A DNA stretch of 64,000 nt, taken from an uncultured Anaerolineales bacterium. Lineage in GTDB: Bacteria; Chloroflexota; Anaerolineae; B4-G1. Each line of letters opens with the position of its first letter. The first letter of the stretch is position 1. The position numbers were made by a program, and so were the translations under genes. The notes beneath the pieces were generated by a model that saw nothing but the letters and a program-made list of their open reading frames with translations, was not told the DNA's origin and made no database searches. Location of the stretch: contig CAYYTU010000001.1 of NCBI GenBank assembly GCA_964474655.1, positions 97,009 to 161,008 on the forward strand. Reading direction: 5' to 3'. Positions 27,841 to 36,838 of the stretch are shown piece by piece.

Positions 27841-28197
27841 TTACAGATCGAACAGGTAGCGCAATCTCTCGGTCACTTTTGCTCTCAGCGGTGGCGATAG
27901 ATCCCCGATCTCACGCCGGATGATGGACGTGCTGACCGTCATCAGGCGATGTAGCCGAAGCACTGATGAGACCCGCAGGCCCGTCCTGGCGAAATCGGGA
28001 TGGTTGGTATCTATCACAATGTCCGTTTCCAACAAATTGTTGGGGGCTTGACTGGTGATAAACGCCAAGATGACGTGGTTGTAGGGGCCAAGAGGCTCAG
28101 TCATGCAGACAGCTGGTCGCACCTTCGTCGTTGTGAGGTCGTCGAAGGGGAAGGGAACCAGGACAACTTTACCCTGCGTCGTGGAATGGCTTCCCAT
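27841..28197 (-). CDS. type II toxin, PemK/MazF-family mRNA interferase
   Basis: GKVVLVPFPFDDLTTTKVRPAVCM N-terminus is typical of MazF/PemK. 118 aa. Confidence 0.75.
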   Translation of the reverse strand: MGSHSTTQGKVVLVPFPFDDLTTTKVRPAVCMTEPLGPYNHVILAFITSQAPNNLLETDIVIDTNHPDFARTGLRVSSVLRLHRLMTVSTSIIRREIGDLSPPLRAKVTERLRYLFDL

Positions 28198-28423
28198 CGT
28201 CCAGCGAGTAGATGTCCTCTTCGGGCTCTTTTAGGAAGTCGAAGGCCGGGTTGGAAGCAGCCGCTTGCAGCCACTCGGCTTCGTCTATATCGGATGCTTC
28301 TTCGACCAGGATGATGACCCGCACGCGGCTTGGGCCAGCGAAGGGGAGTGGCTCGTCTAGGAGCAGACGTTGCTGCTCGTCGACAGTTCCTGTCGTTTCT
28401 ATCGCTTTCTTCAAGGATGTCAT
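28169..28423 (-). CDS. putative cognate antitoxin (DUF2281-like acidic C-terminus)
   Basis: 84 aa, overlaps the toxin start by 29 nt. C-terminal EAEWLQAAASNPAFDFLKEPEEDIYSLDD pattern. Confidence 0.55.
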   Translation of the reverse strand: MTSLKKAIETTGTVDEQQRLLLDEPLPFAGPSRVRVIILVEEASDIDEAEWLQAAASNPAFDFLKEPEEDIYSLDDGKPFHDAG

Positions 28424-28556
28424 CTATTGCTCCTTTGCACCCGACGTTAAGCTCGCTGGTATGTTACCATAGGTTTTGGCAAAGACAACTCGTTGGATAT
28501 GACAGGGTGAGCGCATTTAGTTTCCAATTTGCAAAACGATGGCGAACCTCTGCTTT

Positions 28557-28627
28557 TTTAGACAGGATTCACAAGAGTGACAATCTTTTTTATCAAACCT
28601 ATTCTGGGAATCCTTTTCATCCTGTCT
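28557..28627. promoter_or_regulatory. 11-bp perfect inverted repeat pair (TTAGACAGGAT ... ATCCTGTCTAA) in AT-rich region between the TA operon and ccmA
   Basis: Arms at 28557-28567 and 28617-28627, about 50 bp apart. Encloses a GTGACA-17nt-TATTCT promoter-like stretch. Confidence 0.4.
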
Positions 28628-28657
28628 AACAAACACAAACGCGTTTCCCCGATTGGA

Positions 28658-29357
28658 TATGATGATCGAAGTCCGTAACCTGGTGAAGTCCTTCGGCCCC
28701 CGCACCGCTCTGGCGGGGGTTGATCTATCGGTGAACGAGGGCGAGTTCGTGACCCTGGTCGGGCCGAACGGCGCGGGTAAGACCACCTTGTTGCGCGTCT
28801 TGGCCACGCTGGCCCGCCCGACGTCGGGCGCGGTGCGCATCGCCGGGATGGACTTAGCCCACGAAGGAGACCAGGTTCGACGCCGTATCGGTTTTCTTTC
28901 CCATCGCACCCTGCTTTACGACGATCTGACCGCCGAGCAGAACCTGCGCTTCTACGCCCAGATGTACGATCTGGACGGTGACCGGGAGCGCATCGGCGAG
29001 CTGCTGGATCGCGTTGATCTTACGATGCGACGCCGCGATATGGTGCGCACGTTCTCGCGCGGGATGAAGCAACGCCTCTCGTTGGCCCGCGCGGTGCTCC
29101 ATCGTCCGTCCGTGTTGCTTCTGGACGAACCGTACACCGGGCTCGATCCGCAAGCCGCCGAGGCTCTGACGGCCCTCCTGGGCGAGCTGGCCGAAGAGGG
29201 GGGCACCATCCTGCTGACCACGCATAACTTAGGGCGCGGCCTGGCGATGGGGCAGCGAGTCGTGTTGCTGAATCGAGGGCAGGTCGTCCTCGACGAGCGT
29301 CGCGAGGCCCTGGAGGACGATCAGTTCGCGGAAACCTATCGCATGCTCACTGCCTAG
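28658..29357 (+). CDS. ccmA: heme exporter ATP-binding protein CcmA
   Basis: ABC ATPase Walker A GPNGAGKTT, signature SRGMKQRLSLA, Walker B LLLDEP. Followed by ccmB and ccmC. Confidence 0.85.
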
Positions 29358-29384
29358 ATCGTTAACGCAACACAGAACACGTCG

Positions 29385-30056
29385 ATGAACTTCCTTCACA
29401 AAGTCCTCGTCATTGTCCGTAAAGACATCGCCGCCGAGCTCCATACCAAGGAGATGATCAGCGCGATGCTCGTCTTCTCCGTGCTGGCGCTGTTGATCTT
29501 CAGCTTCGCCCTCGATCTGCGCGGGGAGATCGCGGAGGCCGCCGCCCCCGGCGTGCTGTGGGCCACGGTGGCCTTCGCGGGGACGTTGGGCTTGAGCCGC
29601 TCGCTGGCCCGCGAGCAGCAGACCGGGTGCATTGATGGGCTCTTGCTGGCGCCGGTGGATCGCAGCGCGATCTTCTTTGGCAAGGCGCTGGGCAATCTGG
29701 TCTTTATGACTGTCGTGGAGATGGTCTTGCTGCCGCTTTTCTCCGCCTTCTTCGACGTGGCGCTGCTGCGCCCCGGCGTGCTGGCGGTGCTGCTCCTGGG
29801 GACCATCGGCTACGCCGCGGTGGGCACGCTGCTGGCCGCCATCGCGGTCAACACCCGCGCACGCGAGGTGATGCTGCCCGTCCTGCTGCTTCCATTGGCG
29901 GTGCCGGTCCTGATCGCCGCCGTTCGCGCGACCGGTGGTCTGGTCGAAGGCGCGACCTGGGGCGAGGTGGGAGGCTGGGTTCGGATTCTGGTCGTCTACG
30001 ATCTGGTCATCGTGGCCGTCTCGTTGCTGACATTTGGGTATGTATTGGGGGAGTAG
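29385..30056 (+). CDS. ccmB: heme exporter protein CcmB
   Basis: 223 aa, 6-TM, CcmB-like (FSFALDLRGE, REQQTGCIDGLLLAP). Confidence 0.85.
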   Translation: MNFLHKVLVIVRKDIAAELHTKEMISAMLVFSVLALLIFSFALDLRGEIAEAAAPGVLWATVAFAGTLGLSRSLAREQQTGCIDGLLLAPVDRSAIFFGKALGNLVFMTVVEMVLLPLFSAFFDVALLRPGVLAVLLLGTIGYAAVGTLLAAIAVNTRAREVMLPVLLLPLAVPVLIAAVRATGGLVEGATWGEVGGWVRILVVYDLVIVAVSLLTFGYVLGE

Positions 30057-30060
30057 AGGG

Positions 30061-30762
30061 ATGAAAAAATCGGGGTTGGACCTGGTGGGGCTTATTCTGG
30101 CGCTCGTCAGCGCCGTGGCCGTGCTCGTCGCGCTGGGGATGGTTTTCCTGTATGCGCCGCGCGAGGTCACGATGGGCGAAGTCCAGCGCATCTTCTACTT
30201 CCACGTCGCTTCGGCCTGGGTGGGCTTCTTCGCCTTTTTTGTCACGTTTTTAGCTGGGATCGCTTATCTTTCGAGCGGGGAGCGCCGCTGGGATATTTTG
30301 GGGCTCTCCTCGGTCGAAGTGGGCCTCACCTTCATCACGATGACGGTCATCACTGGCTCGCTGTGGGCCCGCCCGGTCTGGGGCACCTTCTGGACCTGGG
30401 AGCCGCGTTTGACGATCAGCGCCGTGCAGCTGCTCATCTACGTCGCCTACGGCATGCTGCGGGCCTCCATCGAAAGCCCGGAGCAGAAGGCGCGTTTCGC
30501 GGCGGTCTACGGTATCGTGGCGTTCGTGACCGTGCCGCTTTCGTGGTTCGCGATTCGCTGGTGGCGCACCATTCATCCCAACATCTTGAGCGCCGGTGGG
30601 GGGATGGCGACCACGCCGCGGATGACGCAGACGCTGATGGTTTCTCTGGCGGCATTCACGCTGCTTTATGCCACGTTGCTGTGGCTGCGCGTGCGTCTGG
30701 AACGCACGTTCGATGAGCTTCTTCGCCTGCGCTTGAAAGCGGAACAACACTTACGGAGTTAG
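30061..30762 (+). CDS. ccmC: heme exporter/chaperone-loading protein CcmC
   Basis: WWD motif WGTFWTWEPRL. Start MKKSGL after the ccmB stop, with GAGGG SD. Confidence 0.85.
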   Translation: MKKSGLDLVGLILALVSAVAVLVALGMVFLYAPREVTMGEVQRIFYFHVASAWVGFFAFFVTFLAGIAYLSSGERRWDILGLSSVEVGLTFITMTVITGSLWARPVWGTFWTWEPRLTISAVQLLIYVAYGMLRASIESPEQKARFAAVYGIVAFVTVPLSWFAIRWWRTIHPNILSAGGGMATTPRMTQTLMVSLAAFTLLYATLLWLRVRLERTFDELLRLRLKAEQHLRS

Positions 30763-30772
30763 GAGAGCACTA

Positions 30773-30922
30773 TGCCTGTCTATCTTGTCGTCGCTTATGC
30801 CGTCTTTTGGGCCTTGACGTTTATCCTTGTCCTTTCCATCGGGATTCGCCAGCGCCGCATCGAGCGGGATCTTTCGACGTTGAAGGCGCAGCTCGATGAG
30901 CAGGGGGAGGGGACCGCCTAGG
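30773..30922 (+). CDS. ccmD: heme exporter protein CcmD (49 aa; not in the ORF track)
   Basis: ATG at 30773 preceded by AGGAGAG. MPVYLVVAYAVFWALTFILVLSIGIRQRRIERDLSTLKAQLDEQGEGTA: single TM plus charged tail, immediately after ccmC. Confidence 0.6.
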
Positions 30923-31088
30923 TGTCGTGGGGTTGGTGGGTATGCGCATCGGCTGCTAGATTCCTCCGCTGCCCGTATCCAGTCTGCGGGTGAGATTCTC
31001 TCTTCTTCAGCGTCATCAATCGCATTGGGGCTTTGCTTCACTCCTGCTCCGTCGCGCGGTGCTTCTACCGCTTTCACTTGGATGGCCC

Positions 31089-31100
31089 TTGTGGTATACT
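31089..31100 (+). promoter_or_regulatory. candidate extended -10 promoter (TGgTATACT) for argF
   Basis: tgGTATACT about 65 nt upstream of the argF ATG. GGAGGT SD precedes the ATG. Confidence 0.3.
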
Positions 31101-31165
31101 TGCACTCACTCGGGTAGCCGATGGGCTGCCATACCATCACAAGCTTACTACATGGAGGTAAGAAA

Positions 31166-32095
31166 ATGAACCACTTTCTCAGTCTTGCAGATCTGACACC
31201 CGATCAATTGCACAGCTTGCTCGAGCTGGCTGTTGACCTCAAGGAGGAATGGAAGGGTGGCGGTAATCGCCCTTTGCTGGAAAATAAGACGTTGGGTATG
31301 ATCTTCCAGAAACCATCGCTGCGCACCCGCGCTTCCTTTGAGATGGGGATGCTCCATCTGGGGGGGCAGGCGCTCTACTTCTCCCCCTTTGAGGTGCAAC
31401 TGGGGGAGCGGGAGAGCGTGGCCGACGTGGCGCGAGTCTTCTCCCGTTACGTCGACGGTATTATGGCCCGCGTCTTTGGGCACGCGGACATCTTGGAGCT
31501 GGCCGAACATTCCCGTGGGCCGGTCATCAACGGGCTTTCCGACTACAATCACCCCTGCCAGGCCCTATCCGATATGTTGACCATCATCGAGCACAAAGGA
31601 TGGGATTTGGAGGGGCTTAAGCTGACCTTCGTCGGTGACGGAAACAACGTGGCGACCTCGTTGCTCTTCGCTGCTGCCTTGCTGGGGCTCGATTTTGCCA
31701 TCACCGGGCCGCCCGGCTATGAGCTGCCCGATGATGTGTGGGAGCAAGGCCAGCGCTTCGCTGCCGTCAGCGGTAGCGAGCTGCTGGTGACGCACGACCC
31801 GCACGAGGCAGTGAGCGGCGCTGATGCCGTCTACACCGACGTGTGGGCCTCAATGGGAGAGGAAGAGGAGGCCGAGGAACGGGCCCGCATCTTTAGCCCC
31901 TATCAGGTCAACGACGAATTGCTCGCCGAGGCTAAATCGGACGTGATCGCGATGCATTGCCTGCCCGCGCACCGCGGTCAGGAGATCACAGATGGCGTCT
32001 GCGACGGGCCGCACTCAGTGTTGTGGACGCAGGCCGAGAACCGTATGCACGCCCAGAAGGCCATCCTGGTGCGTTTGATGGCGGAGACCGACTGA
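31166..32095 (+). CDS. argF: ornithine carbamoyltransferase
   Basis: S(L)RTR carbamoyl-phosphate motif, HPCQ and HCLP motifs. 309 aa. Confidence 0.9.
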   Translation: MNHFLSLADLTPDQLHSLLELAVDLKEEWKGGGNRPLLENKTLGMIFQKPSLRTRASFEMGMLHLGGQALYFSPFEVQLGERESVADVARVFSRYVDGIMARVFGHADILELAEHSRGPVINGLSDYNHPCQALSDMLTIIEHKGWDLEGLKLTFVGDGNNVATSLLFAAALLGLDFAITGPPGYELPDDVWEQGQRFAAVSGSELLVTHDPHEAVSGADAVYTDVWASMGEEEEAEERARIFSPYQVNDELLAEAKSDVIAMHCLPAHRGQEITDGVCDGPHSVLWTQAENRMHAQKAILVRLMAETD

Positions 32096-32227
32096 CGTAC
32101 ACGCTCCTCGTTTACCTCCAACAGCCAGGGCGGAGCCTCACCTCGCTCCGTCTGAGGAACGATGACGGCCGGGATAGCAGCGACGGTAGGGACTCCTCGC
32201 CGACTTAACCGAGGGCCAAGGACAGGT

Positions 32228-34582
32228 ATGATGTCAGGAAATCGAAAAGTCTATCAACAAGCGATGAAGAAGGCGGCTGATGCTGCCTGGGATAAGTCCT
32301 GGGATCAGGCGATTGAGGCCTACCAGACCGCCCTGGCTGAGTTTCCGGAGGATGGCGAGGCGCTGAGCGGCCTGGGTGTAGCTTATACCAACCTGGGCCG
32401 TCTGGAGGAAGCCCTAGAGGCCTACCAGAAGGCCGATCAGGTCGCGCCTGGCGATCCGGTGGTATTGCAGCGCCTCGGCTCGGTGCGAGAGCATCTGGGC
32501 CAAAAGAAGGCCGCCGCCGAAGCTTACGTCGCTTCTGCCGAGCAATACCTTGAGCAACAGCAGGCCTTTGGACAGGCCCTGGCCCGCTGGCAAGACGCCG
32601 TTCGGGCGGACCCCCATTGCATCGATGCACAAGTACAACTGCTCAAATACTATCAGCGTCGGGGCCAAAAGGAGAAGATAGTAGAGACATGTCTGGCTCT
32701 GGCCCGGGCTTACCAGGAGCAAGGACGTCGTAAGTATGCCGTTCAGATCTGTCAATACGCTCTCAAGATCGATCCTCGTCACAAAGAGGTCCTTGCTCTT
32801 CTTGATGATCTCCGTTACAGCGACCGGGAACCAGCGGAGAGGCCTGTGGAAGCGCCTGAGCCTCCCCCTGAAGAGGGGCCTGAGCGCGAGATGGAGCCCG
32901 AAGCGCTTCCTGCCTCGGAAGAACCGCCCGCATTGTCCGATCTGGCGTTGGAAGTACCGGTCGCCCAGGTCGAAAGGAGCGAGGAGCGAGGCAGCCCGGT
33001 CGAGACGACCCGCCTGAAAGCGCTTACCGACCTTGCGGAGAGCGTCTTCGAGGAGGAGGAGGAGGAAGAAGAGGCCCCGGCGGAGGTACGTCCTCAGCTT
33101 AGCAAGGAGGAGATAGACGCTTTTATCGGGCAGGCTATTGATTTCCAGATGCGCGGTAAGATCGCGGATGCCATCGCTGCTTACGAGCGGGTGGTTGAGG
33201 CCGGAGTCGAAAGGCCAGCCGTGCGCTTCAACCTGGGGTTGCTCTATCAAGAAAAGTTGCGCTTTGAAGATGCCATCGATCAGTTTGAGCAGGTGGTCTC
33301 CCATCCGGATTATCGGCTTGGCAGTCATTTCGCGTTGGGCGAGTGTCACCGCGCCCGTGGTCGCATCGATGAGGCCCTGGAGCACTTCGTTGAGGTGCTT
33401 CGGATCGTGGACCTGGCCGTCGTCCAGCGGGAGCACGCCGATGACTTGATCCAGCTCTATGAGCACTTGGCCGATGGCTACCTGGCTAAAGGAGATCAGG
33501 ACAAAGCGCTTTCGTTCGCCAGCTCTTTGGTCGACTTTTTGAGTGAGCAGGGATGGGAAGACAAGGTCAGGCAGGCACGCCGCCGGCTCGATACATTGGC
33601 TCAAGAGGGACCGACATTGAGCCTGGCCGAGATGTTAGCAGTGCCGGATTCAGAGTCGCTTCTGGAATCGATCGCGCTTGCCCAGGAATACTCCAAGCGG
33701 AAGATGTTCTATGCTGCGTTGGAAGAGTGTTACTATGCGATGGAGCACGCCCCAGAATACTTGCCCCTCCATCGTCAGCTGGCCGAGGTCTTTCTGGGAA
33801 TGGGGTTGATCGACGAGGGCGTGCGGAAGCTGATCGTCATTGCGGACACCTATCGGGCGCGGAAACAAGTCCGTCGAGCGATAGGGACCTATCGGCACGT
33901 GTTAAAGCTCGCCCCGATGGACACGACCGTGCGAGCCAATCTGATCGATCTGTTGGTCCGGCACGGTGCTATTGATGATGCGTTGGAAAACTACCTGATT
34001 ATGGCCGATAGCTACTACAATCTGGCGCAGATTGATCAGGCCCGCGAGGTCTATCAGTCTGCTCTCCAGCTGGCCCCCCGCGGCGATCCCGACCGGCAAT
34101 GGGAAGTGCACATCCTCCACAAGATGGGGGATATCAATATGCAACGCGTAGAATGGCGACGGGCCATTGAGGTCTACGAGCGCATCCGTAACCTGGCCCC
34201 AGATGACGAGCGCGCGCGTCTGACACTGATGAATCTCTACTATCGGCTCAATCAGCCGCGCCGCGCCACCAACGAGCTGGATCAATTGCTGGAAGTTTAT
34301 CGCGAGAGCGACAAGCCGGAACGGGTTTTCACCGTGCTGGAGGACGTGATTCAGCGATGGCCGGAAAGCATTCCGCTGCGGGCGCGCCTGGCGCAGGCTT
34401 ATCTGAATGCTGGCGACAAGGAGCAAGCGCTGGCCCACCTGGATGAGCTGGGCGATCTCCAGCTGGAAGCCGGGCGCCAGGAGGCAGCGAAGGCTACCAT
34501 TCGCGCCATCATCGCCCTCCGTCCGCCGGATGTGGAGGATTATCAGGGGTTGTTGGAGCAGCTGGAAAATCAGTCTGCGTGA
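32228..34582 (+). CDS. TPR-repeat protein with acidic/Pro-rich linker
   Basis: Multiple 34-residue TPR-like repeats throughout. EEEEEEEEAPAE linker. Start ATGATG after AAGGA. Confidence 0.7.
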   Translation: MMSGNRKVYQQAMKKAADAAWDKSWDQAIEAYQTALAEFPEDGEALSGLGVAYTNLGRLEEALEAYQKADQVAPGDPVVLQRLGSVREHLGQKKAAAEAYVASAEQYLEQQQAFGQALARWQDAVRADPHCIDAQVQLLKYYQRRGQKEKIVETCLALARAYQEQGRRKYAVQICQYALKIDPRHKEVLALLDDLRYSDREPAERPVEAPEPPPEEGPEREMEPEALPASEEPPALSDLALEVPVAQVERSEERGSPVETTRLKALTDLAESVFEEEEEEEEAPAEVRPQLSKEEIDAFIGQAIDFQMRGKIADAIAAYERVVEAGVERPAVRFNLGLLYQEKLRFEDAIDQFEQVVSHPDYRLGSHFALGECHRARGRIDEALEHFVEVLRIVDLAVVQREHADDLIQLYEHLADGYLAKGDQDKALSFASSLVDFLSEQGWEDKVRQARRRLDTLAQEGPTLSLAEMLAVPDSESLLESIALAQEYSKRKMFYAALEECYYAMEHAPEYLPLHRQLAEVFLGMGLIDEGVRKLIVIADTYRARKQVRRAIGTYRHVLKLAPMDTTVRANLIDLLVRHGAIDDALENYLIMADSYYNLAQIDQAREVYQSALQLAPRGDPDRQWEVHILHKMGDINMQRVEWRRAIEVYERIRNLAPDDERARLTLMNLYYRLNQPRRATNELDQLLEVYRESDKPERVFTVLEDVIQRWPESIPLRARLAQAYLNAGDKEQALAHLDELGDLQLEAGRQEAAKATIRAIIALRPPDVEDYQGLLEQLENQSA

Positions 34583-34657
34583 ATGTATGAGGGTGGTCGC
34601 GTCGAACTTGCTATGATAGGGTTGGATTTGATTGGGTGGGTCAGGTGATTCTCTTTA

Positions 34658-35494
34658 ATGTTTGATCTTTTCTGGTACTTACAGAGGCTAACGTGGATCG
34701 ATGTCCTCGACATCTTCCTGGTATCTTTTATCTTCTTCTGGCTGCTTTATATGGTGCGCGGGACGCGGGCAGTACCTCTCTTGCGCGGCGTGATCTTTGT
34801 CATCATCGTCGTCGTTCTGCTCAGTGGCATCGTGCGCTTGCGTGCCTTCGCCTGGCTGACGCAGCGGGCGTTCCCGGCCCTGTTGGTCGCCATCCCCGTC
34901 CTCTTCCAGCCGGAGCTGCGCCGGGCCCTGGAGCGCCTGGGACGCACCGGCGCTCTCTTCAGCGGATTGAGCCAGGGTAAGCGCGGAGAAATGGAGCAGG
35001 CATTATCCACCATCTCCGAAGCGTGCAAGACACTCGCCGAAAGGCGCCACGGCGCTCTCATTGTCCTGGAGCGTGAGACAGGGTTGCAGGAGTTCGTGGA
35101 TAACGGCATCCGTCTCGAGGCCAATCTGACCTATGAGCTCTTGTTGACTATTTTTGAGCCGCATGCGATGTTGCACGATGGGGCTGTCATCGTGCGGGAG
35201 AGCCAGGCGCTGGCTGCTGCCTGCGTCCTGCCTCTTTCTACCGCCTTCTTGGCCGATCGGCAGCTAGGGCTTCGACACCGTGCGGGCCTTGGTGTGACCG
35301 AGGAGAGCGACGCGATTGCGGTCATTGTCTCCGAGGAGCGCGGAGCCGTTTCCATCGCCCACAATGGCCGTGTTATCCGTAACCTCGATGTCAAGCGTCT
35401 GGAGGATGTGCTGCATGCCTTCTATCAGCCGATCCTGGAGCGAGCGTGGCCGAAGTGGCTTGCCTGGGCCCGTCACTTTGTAACGAACGAATGA
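34658..35494 (+). CDS. cdaA: diadenylate cyclase CdaA (c-di-AMP synthase)
   Basis: Three N-terminal TM helices plus DAC domain (DGAVIV, GLRHRAGLG, VSEERGAVS). Confidence 0.9.
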   Translation: MFDLFWYLQRLTWIDVLDIFLVSFIFFWLLYMVRGTRAVPLLRGVIFVIIVVVLLSGIVRLRAFAWLTQRAFPALLVAIPVLFQPELRRALERLGRTGALFSGLSQGKRGEMEQALSTISEACKTLAERRHGALIVLERETGLQEFVDNGIRLEANLTYELLLTIFEPHAMLHDGAVIVRESQALAAACVLPLSTAFLADRQLGLRHRAGLGVTEESDAIAVIVSEERGAVSIAHNGRVIRNLDVKRLEDVLHAFYQPILERAWPKWLAWARHFVTNE

Positions 35495-35610
35495 ATTGTA
35501 ACGAACAAATGAACTTGTGGATGAACTTTCAGTCGCTGGAGAGCGACTTTGAAATCGGAGCACGTCGTTTCCCCCAATGAGGACCTCATCGGATTGATAG
35601 GTAAGGAGAA

Positions 35611-36831
35611 TTGTTTCTGAAATCTGTCTTAAGATGGATTGTCCATAATGTGCCCTTGATGATCTTAGCCGTGGTGCTGGCCTCGTTGGCCTGGCTGGTG
35701 GCGGTGGAAGGGTCCAATCCTACCTTACAACAACGTTACCCTCAGCCCATCCCGGTGACTCTGTCCGGATTGTCGGAGGGTCTGGTCGTTGTGGAGTCGT
35801 TTGATGCCCAAGTCATGGTGACGCTCCGGGCCCCCAGATCGGTCTGGGATACCCTTGAGGTTGATGACTTTGTTGCCGAGGCCGATGTCTCCGCACTGGA
35901 AGCGGGAACGCACGAGGTACCCGTCGATCTCTTGCTGGATGAATCGCCCGCGCGTATCATAGAAGTCACCCCTTCGTCTGTCTCCGTGACACTGGATACC
36001 TACCTCGAGCGTTCTGTGCCGGTTCGGATTGATGTCGAGGGCGACCCGGCGTTGGGTTACCGCACGCGGAAAGTGGTGAGCGAGCCCGATGAGGTCACGG
36101 TCAGTGGCCCTACGACCTACGTCACGCAAGTCGTCGAGGCCGACGCTTCGATCTCCGTGCAGGGCGCTCAGGCCGATGTTGAGGACGACCTGCGCCTCCA
36201 GCCACGGGATGAGGCTGGCGAGTCCGTCTCGTCTGTGGATCTGACGCCGGAAGAAGTGCACGTTCGAGTTCCGATTGAGCCTTCAGGTTACTACCGCCCT
36301 CTGGCTGTCAAGGTCAGCCTGGAAGGAGAAGTCGCTCCCGGCTATCGGGTCATCGACATCACCGTCGACCCGCCGACCGTCACCGTCTTTGGCGCTCCTA
36401 ACGTCCTTTCCGCTTTGCAGGGCTTCATCGAGACGCAGCCCATTGACGTCGAGGGCGCCCAGAGCAACGTCACGGTCCAGCCAGCGCTCAACGTCCCGGA
36501 GAATGTCTCTGTCGTTCCCGGTCAACAAGTGGAGGTGAAGGTCTTCGTCGAGCCTATTGAGAGCAGTGTGACGATGGAGGTGGTGCCAGAGGTGCAGGGG
36601 TTAGGCCCGGATCTGGAGGCTACCGTCTCCCCAGAGACAGTCGAGATTATCTTGAGTGGCCCTCTGCCCATCCTGAACGATCTGGAGCCTGATGATATTC
36701 GGGTGGTGGTGGATCTGTTCGACCTGTCGTCGGGGACTCATCAGCTGGAGCCAGAAGTATTTGTACCCGAGGGCGTGACGGCCAAGAGCGTGATCCCCTC
36801 TACTCTCCAGGTAGAGATAGATTCTTCTTGA
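35611..36831 (+). CDS. cdaR: CdaA regulatory protein CdaR (YbbR-like repeats)
   Basis: N-terminal TM then four YbbR-like repeats. Canonical cdaA-cdaR adjacency. Confidence 0.8.
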   Translation: MFLKSVLRWIVHNVPLMILAVVLASLAWLVAVEGSNPTLQQRYPQPIPVTLSGLSEGLVVVESFDAQVMVTLRAPRSVWDTLEVDDFVAEADVSALEAGTHEVPVDLLLDESPARIIEVTPSSVSVTLDTYLERSVPVRIDVEGDPALGYRTRKVVSEPDEVTVSGPTTYVTQVVEADASISVQGAQADVEDDLRLQPRDEAGESVSSVDLTPEEVHVRVPIEPSGYYRPLAVKVSLEGEVAPGYRVIDITVDPPTVTVFGAPNVLSALQGFIETQPIDVEGAQSNVTVQPALNVPENVSVVPGQQVEVKVFVEPIESSVTMEVVPEVQGLGPDLEATVSPETVEIILSGPLPILNDLEPDDIRVVVDLFDLSSGTHQLEPEVFVPEGVTAKSVIPSTLQVEIDSS

Positions 36832-36838
36832 GGTGACT

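Noticed and set aside
30751-31140. 129-aa minus-strand ORF.
   Set aside because: It overlaps the better-supported plus-strand ccmD and the argF promoter region. No SD and no motifs.
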